This document shows positions 1 through 11,473 of a stretch of 64,000 nucleotides of DNA, one piece after another. The DNA comes from Heteronotia binoei (taxonomy: Eukaryota), in assembly GCF_032191835.1 (NCBI RefSeq), contig NC_083237.1, positions 558,001 to 622,000 of the forward strand. The letters are read 5' to 3'. Each line of letters starts with the position of its first letter. The first letter of the stretch is position 1. The position numbers and the translations under genes are program-made. The notes below the pieces were generated by a model. The model did no database searches. It was not told the DNA's origin and saw only the letters and a program-made list of their open reading frames with translations.

Positions 1-715
1 TGCCGCGCCTGCGAGCCTCTCCTCCTGCCCGCCGAGCACCACCAGCAGCCCTGAAGGAGCAGCCGCACCGGGGACCCCCCCCAACACAAAGGCCACAGGC
101 CTCCACCAGGTGGCCCTCAACCGCGTGGACTACGCCTGCCTTGAGCTGGGGGACCTCTGCCCCTCCTGCCCCCCAAGCACCACCAGCAGCCCTGAAGGAG
201 CAGCCGCACCGGGGACCCCCCCCCCCCAACACACAGGCCACAGGCCTCCACCAGGTGGCCCTCAACCACGTGGACTACGTCTGCCTTGAGCTGGGGGACC
301 TGACACGCCTGCGAGCCCCCCCTCCTGCCCCCCAAGCACCACCAGCAGCCCTGAAGGAGCAGCAGCACCGGGGACCCCCCCCCCAACACAAAGGCCACAG
401 GCCTCCACCAGGTGGCCCTCCACCACGTGGACTACGCCTGCCTTGAGCTGGGGGACCTCTGCCCCCCAAGCACCACCAGCAGCCCTGAAGGAGCAGCCGC
501 ACCGGGGACCCCCCCCCCAACACAAAGGCCACAGGTCGCCACCAGGCAGCCCCACGAGAGCTCCAGCAAGGACTGCCAGGTGGCCCTCAACCACGTGCGG
601 TACACCTGCCTCAAGCTGGGGAACCTCTGCCGCGCCTGCGAGCCCCCCCTCCTGCCCTCCGAGCACCAGCAGCAGCCCTGAAGGAGCAGCCGGACCGGGG
701 GACCCCCACACACAC
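1..715 (+). repeat. Tandem array of ~135-190 bp units derived from the MED11 terminal coding exon and its flank
   Basis: The unit caggtggccctcaacc(g/a)cgtggactacg...gagctgggggacct...caccagcagccctgaaggagcagc recurs about every 135-160 bp. It translates as QVALNRVDYACLELGDL, similar to the recalled MED11 C-terminus ([17 protein letters not shown]). The array starts before the window. Confidence 0.8.
535..681 (+). pseudogene. MED11: Diverged full-length copy of the MED11 last exon (VATRQPHESSSKDCQVALNHVRYTCLKLGNLCRACEPPLLPSEHQQQP*)
   Basis: Aligns to recalled human MED11 [40 protein letters not shown] with a 3-aa deletion. It is preceded by cag but has no polypyrimidine tract. MED11 is the expected syntenic neighbour of CXCL16. 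Bases 1-54 (CRACEPLLLPAEHHQQP*) are the end of another copy, possibly the functional exon. Confidence 0.6.
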
Positions 716-3700
716 ACACACACACACCTGGCCAGCTGCAGGCTTCATGGAGCTGCACCCCTGGCCAGCAGCCATGCCTTGCAAAGGCACCAGGGCGGAG
801 GAGGCATGCGGCTGGCTGTGCAGTTCTGGAGGCACTGCCCTGTGGAACCCCCCATGCGTTCTCTGCTGGGCAATGTGTGCAGCACAGCCTTAGCTGGGCA
901 GAGAGCATTCAAGAGAGGGAGCAGGCAGCAAGAGAACAAACTGGGTCTCCTCCAGGCAGAGCGGGGGAGGGCGCAGAAGGGAGCAGGATCAGCATGAGGG
1001 GGGCGGGGCTTTGCGCCCAGAGGGACCCCGGAGAATCTCCTCTTCCAAAGCTGCAGCAGCGTCTGCTTTCCGATCTCCTGGGCAAAATAAAACTCGTTTT
1101 TTCTTATAGAAAGAACTTTTTGATGCGGCACCTTCTTTTTCTTCATCTTTCCTTTAACGTATTACTCTGCACAGAGCAAACCGCAGATTTTTGTTTTTGA
1201 CTCAGGAAACGTGTCCATTCCCTGTTGAAGATGGGAAGACTGAAAGGCAGGAGGGACCTTAGAAAGGAAGGCCTGAACTTTGACCTCTTCCTTTCTTCAT
1301 GGGTCGGGTATCCTAGGAGGATTAAGAAACTTGTTTGGCAGCAGCTGACCAGCTGTACAGAATCAACAATAGACACAACCACACCCTACCAAAAAATTTA
1401 ATTAATAACTATAATCAAAATATAGTTCTGCAGAAGTGTCAACAATTCAAGTACAAAAGTAATAACATTTTAGTAAACAATAATTTACACAAAGGATTTA
1501 TACAAAATATTGCAATTGTGAAGTCATTCTTTCTTCGTGTAAGTATCCACGTAATATCAAAAGTCCAACTCAATAAAATCCAGGGTTCTCATAAATTTAA
1601 CATAATTTTTTCAGTTGAAGAGGACATTAGTTCTAAATTCTTCCACAACCCATTCATCCACCATCTGCCAGAGGCCTGGTAACATCCATTTAGAAAAGAT
1701 TCTTCCTCAAGATCCGGTGGTCTTAATTTTTGAGTTGCCTCAGATTTCCTGTTACAAAAGAGCATTTAAATGGAATCCAGCAATCTCTCAGTTCTTCATC
1801 ACCAATTTATATGTAAATATGGGTCGTCTTCAACTGAAAACAAAATTTATGTGGAATTTATGAGGACACTGAATGTGGGTACAATATGTGGCTGTTTTCT
1901 ATTGCATCTGCTCCAGAGGGACTTGAATGCTAGGGACTGGAGTGCCCCGTGTTGTATGCCATGCCCCACAGCTGTTCGATATTTCAGACAGATGCCAGAT
2001 GCTCTTCCCTTGCCCAGCCTCCAGTGGCCCCTCCCAGCAGACGCAATGGCAAGATGGGGCAGGGGGCTCTCCAAAGGCCTGTGGCAAAGGTGGGGGAGGA
2101 TTTGTGTCCTGGGCAAATAAACAAGATCTGAACAAGTGCATCATTCTTTTAAAATACATACATGCATAAAATTAGGGTAACAGAAAGAAAAAAGGGAAAT
2201 TGGGTCTAAAAATTAATTATATAAAAATATTCACATTGATCAACAACATTTGTGTTCTGTATCATACACTGTGCAAAAACAGAATATATTCCCTAATGCC
2301 TCGGGCTTCTCCGCTCCCTATTTACAATCTAGCATGATTGGGGGCAGGGGGGCATCATTCTTCCAGGCAAACGTGGCAGAGCCCATTTCCCTGAGCAAGG
2401 ATTGTGGGAGTGGTGTCAGATCACCTTCATGGAACTGAAACCCTTTGGGGTGGGAGAGGAGGAGAGGATTCTCTTCCCACGCACACGCCTGCAGCAACCA
2501 TGGGGGTGGGGTCCCTTTGCTTCCTCCCCACTCTGTTAAAACTGCTACTGCCTTTCTGGGCCAGGCCAGTCACCAAAGCAGCCTCCCTCCCCAGAGGATG
2601 AAGCTGCCCAGTGCCGGCCGGCCCGGTTGTTTCCCTGGCATGATACTCGGTGTGCCCACCAGTGGGAGCCACTGGGGAGCGGGAGGGGGACCTGAGGGGC
2701 TTCCCCTTGAGGTTGCATATGCCAAGAACTTCACAGAGGGAGCCGAATGGAGAGTCCCTACCCTCCCGACCATACAGTCGGAAGGGAGGGCACAGACCTG
2801 GGTTCGAATCCCTGCTTGTGGGGTGACCTTGGGCCAGCCCCTCTCTCAGCCTCACCTGCCTCGTGGGGCCCTTGAGAGGACAAAAGGGAGGCAAGGAGAA
2901 GGATGCACACCTGGCCTGCCCAGCTGGCACATGGCATGGTGGAAGGTTTCCCATTCACTGGGTGTCACCAGGCAGAGTTTGAAAGGACAGGCGGGAGTGG
3001 GGGGACACAGCCCCCCAGGATCCCCACCCCCTGCAGGCTGTGTCCAGCCTCCTCTGCCCCCACCCCTCAGGGGCTCTCTCCTGGGCAGGATGGAGACTGG
3101 AGGCGCCCCGACAGAGACAGGGTCCTCCCCCCGCAGGGGGGCAACACGGCATCATCTGGCGGGGGGGAAGGGGAGGTGGCAGGGCCAGAGTGGAGGGCTG
3201 GGGGGCCTTGAAGAGGGTGAGGAGGGCGCTGGCTGCCCCCCATGGCAGGACTGGGTGTCTGTGTGGGCAAGCCTGTAGCCAGGCTCCATGGGTCAGGCTC
3301 CCCCAGGGAAGCACTCGCCAGGCAGCCCAGACTTGTGGGGAAGGGAAATGGTTTCCCGCCCCCTCCCAGCCTTGTGACTCTGAGTCCCCCTTCCCCCCCC
3401 CGCCCCCACTTGTGCTGCCCAGCCAAGAAGTGAGGGGGGCCGGTCCAGCCAGGACCCCACAGGAAACCAGCCTGTGGAACTGAAAGCAGACGTGGCTTTC
3501 ACATCTCCTTCAAGGGGAATTCAGTAGCCGTGACAAAACCCGGCCTGTTTTTTACAACAGCAGAAGCTCTCAGCTTGTTCTGCACAAGCGCTGTGGATCC
3601 AGGGACAAGGCCGAAAGCCACAGCCAGGCAGGGATTCAGAGCCCCGCCTTGAATCAGGAGACCGGCTTGCCCCGCGCTGGGTGACCTTGAGCCAGTGGCA

Positions 3701-3925
3701 GTTCTCACAGAGGCCTACTGCAGGCAGGGGAGGGGAAGGGAAGGCGACTGTCAGCCATTTTGAGACGCCTTAGGAGTATAGAAAGAGGAGCCTGCGTTTC
3801 TACCCCGCCCTTCACTGGGAGTCTTCCAGGCTCCTTCCCCCGCCCCCTCCCCACACCATGCTCCCTCTAAGAAGACAGAGTTTCTTCCTGGGTTGCTCCT
3901 GAGAGAACTGTGGTCACCCAGCAGC

Positions 3926-4082
3926 CAGGGCTGGCTCTGCCGCTAGGTGAACTAGGTGACCGCCTAGGGCGCCAGCCTTCTGGGAGCTCTGAATTGGGGG
4001 CTTCCCATGTGACTCGGTGATGTTATCAGTGCAGGGGGGGGGGCACCAGAAGTTAGCCTAGCTTAGTCGAGGGCCGGCCCTG
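3926..4082. mobile_element. hAT-type MITE with terminal inverted repeats and an 8-bp target-site duplication
   Basis: Ends are CAGGGCTGGCTCT (3926) and AGGGCCGGCCCTG (ending 4082). Identical CCAGCAGC flanks lie at 3918-3925 and 4083-4090. An 8-bp TSD is characteristic of hAT elements. Confidence 0.85.
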
Positions 4083-4499
4083 CCAGCAGCTGCACGCGAA
4101 GGAGGCAAGGGGGATCAAACCCGGGTCTCCAGATTAGAGTCCACGCCCTTAAGCACTACACCAAACTGCAAAGGCCCAAGTGTAAGAGCCAGCCCCCGCC
4201 TCCCCGGGAGGAGCCCACCAGAGGCAAGGCAGGGACCCTGCGCAGAGTCCGGAGAAGGTTTTGCGGAGTCCTTTTGGACAGAGTCATGAAGCAGCAGAAC
4301 CACGAAGGCAGCCGGGCTCAGCCCGCAAAAGCTTTAGCCCAAATAAACACATCTGGTCAAGAAATGTGCAAGTGCCCTGTGAAACCCTGAGGCTGCTGAG
4401 CAGAGCAAAGGCAAAGAAGCACCTCTCCCATCCTGGGAGTCTGTCCAGCCCGGACAGCCCATTCGACCCCGAGAGTGAGGCAGCCCGCTTGCAGGGGCC

Positions 4500-7400
4500 T
4501 CAGAGGTGGCTCCAGGTGTTCTCGGCCGGCAGGCACACAGTCCCTTCCTCTGGGGAGAGAAAGGCAGGGCTTGGCGGAGGGACCCCCAGAGGCTGGGGGG
4601 GTGGGGAAGGGGGATTTCCCGGGGCTGCCATAGGCTGGGGAGGAGGGGAATGGGGGGATTTCCCGGGGCTCCCAAAGGCTGGGGGGAGGGGGGATTTCCC
4701 GGGGCTCCCGGAAGCGGGGAGGGGGGGCTTGCCTGCTCACCTTGCTGGCCCAGAGCAGTGTGGGGTCCGAGGCCCACGGGGCTCCGTCTGTGTCGCCTCC
4801 TCCTCCTCCTCCTCCAGCCGTAGGCCAGAGCGACAGAGCCGGCGACTGCAGCCACACAGAGGAGAGCGCTGATGCTGGGGGTCTTGGCGTCGGGGGCCAG
4901 AGGGGGGGCTGCCCTTTTCTCCTCCCAGGGGGCCTGGCTGGTTCCTCTTGCAGCGGCCTCTGCACAACAAGCACAGACATTGGGGGGGGGATCTTCGGAA
5001 GGGAAGCCCCTCTCCCCCCTCCCCCCCAGGGCTCTGCACTCACTCACCAGCACTGGGGTCCGGGGGGCTCCTAGTCACCTTGGGGGGCCCGGCCTCCTCC
5101 CGCTGGCCCTCTGCGGTGGCTGCTCCCTGCGGGGTCTCCTGGCCCTTGCCTGGGCCGGCTCCAGCTGCGGTGGGGGAGGCCGAGGTCGGACCTGCTGTGG
5201 GGGCAGCTGGGTGGGGCCCGCTGCTCCCCTCTGCCCCCTCTTCAGGGCGTCCTGCAGAGATGGGCCGGGAGAAGTGAAGGCAGTGCCCCCCTCCAGCTCC
5301 AGGAGAGAGGGGGGGGAGAGGAGGCATGGGGGCTGACTGCCCCTCCTCCTTTCTCCTCCCAGGGGGCCTGGCTGGTTCCTCTTGCAGCGGCCTCTGCACA
5401 ACAAGCACAGGCACTGGGGGGGGGGGATCTTCTGAAGGGAAGCTCCCCTCCCCCCTCCCCCCCAGGGCTCTGCACTCACTCACCAGCACTGGGGTCCGGG
5501 GGGCTCCTAGTCACCTTGGGGGGCCCGGCCTCCTCCCGCTGGCCCTCTGCGGTGGCTGCTCCCTGCGGGGTCTCCTGGCCCTTGCCTGGGCCGGCTCCAG
5601 CTGCAGTGGGGGAGGCCGAGGTCGGACCTGCTGTGGGGGCAGCTGGGTGGGGCCCGCTGCTCCCCTCTGCCCCCTCTTCAGGGCGTCCTGCAGAGATGGG
5701 CCGGGAGAAGTGAAGGCAGTGCCCCCCTCCAGCTCCAGGAGAGAGGGGGGGGAGAGGAGGCATGGGGGCTGACTGCCCCTCCTCCTTTCTCCTCCCAGGG
5801 GGCCTGGCTGGTTCCTCTTGCAGCAGCCTCTGCACAACAAGCACAGGCACTGGGGGGGATCTTCTGAAGGGAAGCCCCCCTCCCCCCCAGGGCTCTGCAC
5901 TCACTCACCAGCACTGGAGTCCGGGGGGCTCCTGGTCACCTTGGGGGGCCCGGCCTCCTCCCGCTGGCCCTCTGCGGTGGCTGCTCCCTGCGGGGTCTCC
6001 TGGCCCTTGCCTGGGCCGGCTCCAGCTGCGGTGGGGGAGGCCGAGGTCGGACCTGCTGTGGGGGCAGCTGGGTGGGGCCCGCTGCTCCCCTCTGCCCCCT
6101 CTTCAGGGTGTCCTGCAGAGATGGGCCGGGAGAAGTGAAGGCAGTGTCCCCCTCCAGCTCCAGGAGAGAGGAGGGGGGTGAGAGGAGGCATGGGGGCTGA
6201 CTGCCCCTCCTCCTTTCTCCTCCCAGGGGGCCTGGCTGGTTCCTCTTGCAGCGGCCTCTGCACAAGCACAGGCATTGGGGGGGGATCTTCTGAAGGGAAG
6301 CCCCCTCCCCCCTCCCCCCCAGGGCTCTGCACTCACTCACCAGCACTGGGGTCCGGGGGGCTCCTAGTCACCTTGGGGGGCCCGGCCTCCTCCCGCTGGC
6401 CCTCTGCGGTGGCTGCTCCCTGCGGGGTCTCCTGGCCCTTGCCTGGGCTGGCTCCAGCTGCGGTGGGGGAGGCCGAGGTCGGACCTGCTGTGGGGGCAGC
6501 TGGGTGGGGCCCGCTGCTCCCCTCTGCCCCCTCTTCAGGGCGTCCTGCAGAGATGGGCCGGGAGAAGTGAAGGCAGTGCCCCCCTCCAGCTCCAGGAGAG
6601 AGGAGGGGGGGGAGAGGAGGCATGGGGCCTGACTGCCCCTCCTGGAAATGGCAGGCAGGCGTGGGGGGGGGGTTTAAGGTCTAGGAGCAACAGGGGGGCC
6701 AGTGGCCACAATCCAGACAGGAGGGGGCCCACAGTGTCAGGGGGTCTGTGCTGCCAAGGTTGAGCATGGGCACCCCCCCACCTCCCTCCCTCCCCTGCCC
6801 GCCCCCTCCCCCTGGGTGCCCTGCCCGCCTCCAAGCCAGAAGGGGGGGAGGGAGGGGGTCTTGTGGGGGGGGGCTCACCTTTCCGGCAGTGGGACTCCTC
6901 CAGCCGGACGACCCAGTCCTCCTCCCGCAAGCCGCAGACCCGTCTGTTGGGGAAGATGAACCTGCAGCGCAAGGAGGGCACGGAGGGGGTGTAAGGGGGG
7001 GAGGGCGGCAGCAGCAGGGCTCAGTGGGGGGGGGGCTGTCAAGTCTGCTGTAATTTCTATAAGATGCAACTTTGGTTCAGGAAAAGGATCCTGGGTAAAA
7101 ACCACACTGTATCCCGATGCTGCTAGCTTGAACTCTCCTCTTCCCCCTCCCTTCCCTTTGTTATGTAGCAATGCTTTGAAATGGGAATCTGAGAACAAGA
7201 TAGTAGAGCCTTCTCAGCAGAGCGTGGTGCCAGGAAGGTGCCCAAGGACGTCCAGGCCTGGGAACGAAATAGTAACATCAATGTGTGAATGTGCCCTGCA
7301 GAGAGTGCCCCTCCCTCAAGAATCCCTTTGATGTATACCTTACATGCTCGCTTTGATTGTATATCCGCCGGTCTTTCAATTTGATTCTCTAGTCCAGCAA

Positions 7401-7891
7401 CATGTTACAATAAACTAGAAACTTTTATCAAAAAGGCCTCGTTATTGAAACATCAGACTTGACAGGGGCGGCCACATACCTCGTGAAGTCCCGGCAGGTG
7501 TCGCAGGACTGCAGCTTGTCCAAGAAGGGCGGGGGGTCGTGGCGTCTTTGGCACAGGCAGCTCCCGGCGCCTCCTCCCTCGTTCCCCCGGCCTGCGGAAG
7601 GAGCACAGCGGCTGTGGCTGCCGGGGGGGGGGGGGGGGGGCGCCGGAGTGGGGCAGGCCCGAGGGGCCCTGGAGGCCACGCCCCCGCCCCCCCCCAGCCT
7701 CCGCGGTGGGAAAGGCGCGTCCCCCCTCCCCCCTTCGCCTGGGGCTGCTCCGCCCGGGGACGCTCTGCACATGCCCAGGGGCCTCTCCGCCAGCCCAGGC
7801 GCTCCCACCGCCCGCCCGCCTCACCTGGGCCCGGGAGGAGGAGGAGGAAGAGCGGGAGCCGGAGGCGGTGCCGGGGCGCCGTCGGGGCCAT
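4500..7891 (-). CDS. CXCL16: C-X-C motif chemokine 16 (membrane-anchored, mucin stalk); up to 448 aa if all four stalk exons are included
   Basis: Exons (minus strand): 7891-7825 signal peptide MAPTAPRHRLRLPLFLLLLPGP; 7591-7480 GRGNEGGGAGSCLCQRR...SCDTCRDFTR (recalled human GNEGSVTGSCYC); 6961-6879 FIFPNRRVCGLREEDWVVRLEESHCRK; stalk exons 6544-6341, 6112-5909, 5687-5484, 5251-5048; TM exon 4959-4741 (SISALLCVAAVAGSVALAYGWRRRRRRR); tail 4549-4500 (EEGTVCLPAENTWSHL*). All junctions are GT-AG and phase-compatible, and the position is syntenic. Confidence 0.9.
4905..6641 (-). repeat. Four-copy tandem duplication (425-436 bp period) spanning the CXCL16 stalk exon, intron 4 and the first ~45 nt of the TM exon
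   Basis: Stalk exon starts at 6544, 6112, 5687 and 5251. Copies differ by a few substitutions and by homopolymer lengths. Confidence 0.95.
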
Positions 7892-8010
7892 GGCAGGAGC
7901 CGGAGAGCTGGGCACGCAGCGGGGAAAGCGAAAGCGAAGGGTGACCCGCGCGGGGTTTTCCTGGGCAGGCTGGCAGCGCCGCTCCGCCCCCACCGCCCTC
8001 CCGGCCCGCT
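7540..8010 (-). promoter_or_regulatory. CpG-rich promoter and first-exon region of CXCL16
   Basis: Visibly CpG-dense GC-rich stretch around the CXCL16 ATG at 7891. Confidence 0.55.
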
Positions 8011-8118
8011 GGAGCTTAGCAAAAGAACGAAAGTTTACTAGAAAACATCAGGAGAGGGGAGAAAACAGAAAAACAGTCTAGCTTCGGTGCAGGTCCGTTC
8101 TGGAGTAGAGCTCAAGGG

Positions 8119-8425
8119 AATCATAGAATCCTAGAGTTGGAAGGGACCTCCAGGGTCATCTAGTCCAACCCCCTGCACAGTGCAGGAAACTCACAAACCC
8201 CTCCCCCTAAATTCACAGGAACTTCATTGATGTCAGAGGGCCATCCAGCCTCTGCTTAAAAACCTCCAAGGAAGGAGAGCCCACCCACCACCTCCCGAGG
8301 AGGAAGCCTGTTCCACTGAGGAACCGCTCTAACGGTCAGGAAGGTCTTCCTAACGTTGAGCCAGATACTCTTTTGATTTAATTTCAACCCATTGGTTCTG
8401 GTCCTGCCTTCCAGGGCTGCAGAAA
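8119..8425 (-). mobile_element. CR1 LINE 3' fragment
   Basis: Begins with the reverse complement of the CR1 3' microsatellite and hairpin (aatcatagaatcctagagttggaagggacc). It continues into sequence matching the ORF2 C-terminus seen in other CR1 copies in the window. Confidence 0.85.
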
Positions 8426-9719
8426 GAGAAAGAGGAAGAGCTGAGAGTTCTTAGAGGCCGAAGTTGGAGCTGCTGCAGAAGGCGTGACTGGAGCACAGCC
8501 GCATCCCTCCCTGCGCCTGCATCCTTGGCTTCCAGCTGCCTCTCCTGAAGAAGCCTGCGCAGTTGGCACCCCCTGGTGAGGCAGACCCCAGAGGCCCTGC
8601 AGGGAGCTCATGAAGTAGCCCTTGCTCTGAGGGAGTCTTGGGAGGACCCAACCGGGGATACCAATGAGATGCCACCCGTTCAGGGATTGCAACAGCAGGA
8701 GTTGTGTGTGTGGAATTCTATGCCCTTGAGGCCTCCCCCTCAAGGCTCGCATCAGAGCAGCCCACAGAGAAGCCCCCCTTACCGACCCCTTCCCTTCTCA
8801 TATCATCATAATGCTGCTTCTCGGGGATTCTTTATCATCCGTCAATATGAGAGTAGAGGTTTTAGCCCTGAAGATGTCCGGAAGCGTTTTTTGCAAATAG
8901 AAGCAGGGCTCACTTTGGGTGGGAGCTCCGGAACCCCTACGTTTTATTGTGCTCTTTCTTCCTTTCCCTCCCCCCACCCCCGCATACTTGCTTCTGGGCT
9001 CCATTGCTCAAACCCCCTGGGAGACTTTTGCTGAACTCTAAGATTGGACAAACTTTCTAATATTTTTTCCCCACAAACAAAGGGGGAAATAACCAAAACA
9101 TACTCAGCAGACAGATGGAAACCTTCCTCAGACCACTGTGGCCACAGAAGAAAATAACTGTAGAAGCATGATGGCAGTAAAGTTTATTGTGACAATTATA
9201 ATTCCAGGAGTATTTGAAGGTAGATGCTAAGCTGATATCATTTAGTACACCTTCCGGTGATGTCGGGAGGGGGGGGGGGGTGGCATATGCAAATGAGTTG
9301 TACTAATGAGCTCCGGCACCTCTTTTTCTACAAAATAGAATAGAAACAAAGTGAATTTTGAGACTTGAACTCTTGCAGCTGCAGGACTGAACCAATCTTT
9401 TGATCTTTAATGTTTTGTTAGCTTAGAACTAACCTGGAATTTTTAAAATGTTTATTGGTTTATTTATTGTGGTCACTGTTGTGTTCCTTGAAATTTGTTC
9501 CAACTGGGATTGTGAACTGATGGACCCTTCACATGGGGTTGTGCGGTGGGGGGGGGGGGAGGCAGGATGGATGAGGCAGCTTCACTTCAGAGGCGCCCCC
9601 CAGTGGAACTCCTAACAGGGAGGGCTGTGTGTTTTGTAAGAATGGACTCTTGATGGCAGTAGGAAAAGCTCTGTCACTTCTGCTTTTTGCAGAGTGTCTG
9701 CCAGGAACAAAATCTAATC

Positions 9720-10072
9720 AGAGAGCCAGTTTGGTGCAGTGGTGAAGTGTGCGGACTCTTATCTGGGAGAACCAGGTTTGATTCCCCACTCCTCCACTTG
9801 CAGCTGCTGGAATGGCCTTGGGTCAGCCAGAGCTCTCTTATCTGGGAGAACTGGGTTTGATTCCCCACTCCTCCACTTGCAGCTGCTGGAATGGCCTTGG
9901 GTCAGCCAGAGCTCTCACAGGAGTTGTCCTTGAAATGGCAGTTTCTGGGAGAGCTGTCTCAGCCCCACCCACCTCACAGGGTGTCTGTTGTGAGGGAGGA
10001 AGATAAAGGAGATTATGAGTCACTCTGATTTAGAGAGAAGGGTGGGGTATAAATCTGCATTCTTCTTCTTCT
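9720..10072 (+). mobile_element. Squam3-like tRNA-derived SINE with an internal duplication
   Basis: Head gagagccagtttggtgcagtggtgaagtgtgcggactcttatctgggagaaccaggtttgattcccc; ~75 bp repeated internally; tail gggtataaat...(ttc)n. The same family recurs throughout the window. Confidence 0.75.
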
Positions 10073-10287
10073 GTGAGAAAGCAGATGGAGAGCAAAGCCA
10101 AGTCCCACTTGGGGGTGGGGGCACAGGGAAGGAACAAAGGAAGGCGAGGAGCAGCAGAACACCCCAGGAGGAGAAGGGAAGGGGTGGCGAGGGGTTCCAG
10201 GGCACAAGGCTCGCCAGGAAACATCTAGTCGGGATCCATAAGAGCAGCGGAGGGAGGCAGGGCCGTAGCCAGGATTTCATGTTCAAA

Positions 10288-11110
10288 TCATAGAACCATA
10301 GAGTTGGAAGGGACCTCCAGGGCCATCTAGTCCAACCCCCCGCACAATGCAGGAAACTCACAAACCCCTCCCCCTAAATTCACAGGATCTTCATTGCTGT
10401 CAGATGGCCATCTAGCCTCTGTTGAAAAACATCCAAGGAAGGAGAGCCCACCACCTCCCAAGGAGGAAGCCTGTTCCACTGAGGAATCGCTCTAATGGTC
10501 AGGAAGTTAGAATCATAGAGTTGGAAGGGACCTCTCAGGGTCACCTAGCCCAACCCCCTGCACAATGCAGGAAACTCACAAACCCCTCCCCCTAAATTCA
10601 CAGGATCCTCATTGCTGTCAGATGGCCCTCTAGCCTCTGTTGAAAAACATCCAAGGAAGGAGAGCCCACCACCTCCCAAGGAGGAAGCCTGTTCCACTGA
10701 GGAACCGCTCTTACGGTCAGGAAGTTATAGAATCATAGAGATGGAAGGGACCTCTAGGGTCATCTAGTCCAACCACCTGCACCATGCAGGAAACTCACAA
10801 ACCCTTCCCCTAAATTCACAGGATCTTCATTGCTGTCAGATGGCGCTCTAGCCTCTGTTGAAAAACCTCCGAGGAAGGAGAGTCCACCACCTCCCAGGGA
10901 GGAAGCCTGTTCCACTGAGGAACCCCTCTAACGGTCAGGAAGTTCTTCCTAATGTTGAGCCGGAAACTCTTTTGATTTAATTTCAACCCACTGGTTCTGG
11001 TCCTACCCTCTGGGGCCACAGAAAACAATTCCACACCATCCTCTCTAGGACAGCCCTTCAAGTCCTTGAAGATGGTGATCCTATCACCCCTCAGCCGCCT
11101 CCTCTCCAGG
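10288..11110 (-). mobile_element. CR1 3' fragment followed by two tandem ~220 bp copies of its own 3' end
   Basis: Three copies of catagagttggaagggacc...ggtcaggaagtt start near 10288, 10510 and 10727. The last extends into ORF2 (ORF 10816..11193: [45 protein letters not shown]). Confidence 0.9.
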
Positions 11111-11473
11111 CTACACAACCTCCGAGGTGGGGCCTTTAGCAGCATTTTTGTTGGGGGGCCCAGGGGGGGGGTATTTGGTTTGGCCCAAAACATTTTCTCT
11201 GCTTCTCAAGCTACAGCCCCCCCCCCAGCTAACTCAGTAAACCTCCCAGCTGGCTGCAAGTGGGCTTCTCCCCCGCTCCCTCCCCCTGCCCATCAGAAGC
11301 CCCTCCAGCAGCAACGGTGCCCTTGTTCAGGGAGGTGGCCAGTGGGGGTGACTGGAGGGGCCATATAGATGTGAATGGGGTGGCCTGGCCCCCCCAGGGT
11401 CCCACTGTAGCTACAGGCCTGAGGGAGGGCGAAGGCTGGCCCTGAGAGACTTGTGGGGGAGGGGCCATGGCTG

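Noticed and set aside
2427-3483. Several 100-277 aa ORFs between the MED11 array and CXCL16
   Set aside because: No recognisable domain or splice-consistent exon chain; the region is GC-rich and includes SINE fragments.
8880-9335. Possible hAT-derived element ending gcatatgcaaatgag...ctttttctacaaaat
   Set aside because: It resembles a squamate non-autonomous DNA transposon end, but I could not define both TIRs or a TSD.
9720-9800. tRNA-like heads (tggtgtagtggttaag...gtttgattccc) here and in other SINE copies
   Set aside because: They are SINE 5' regions continuing into SINE bodies, not tRNA genes.
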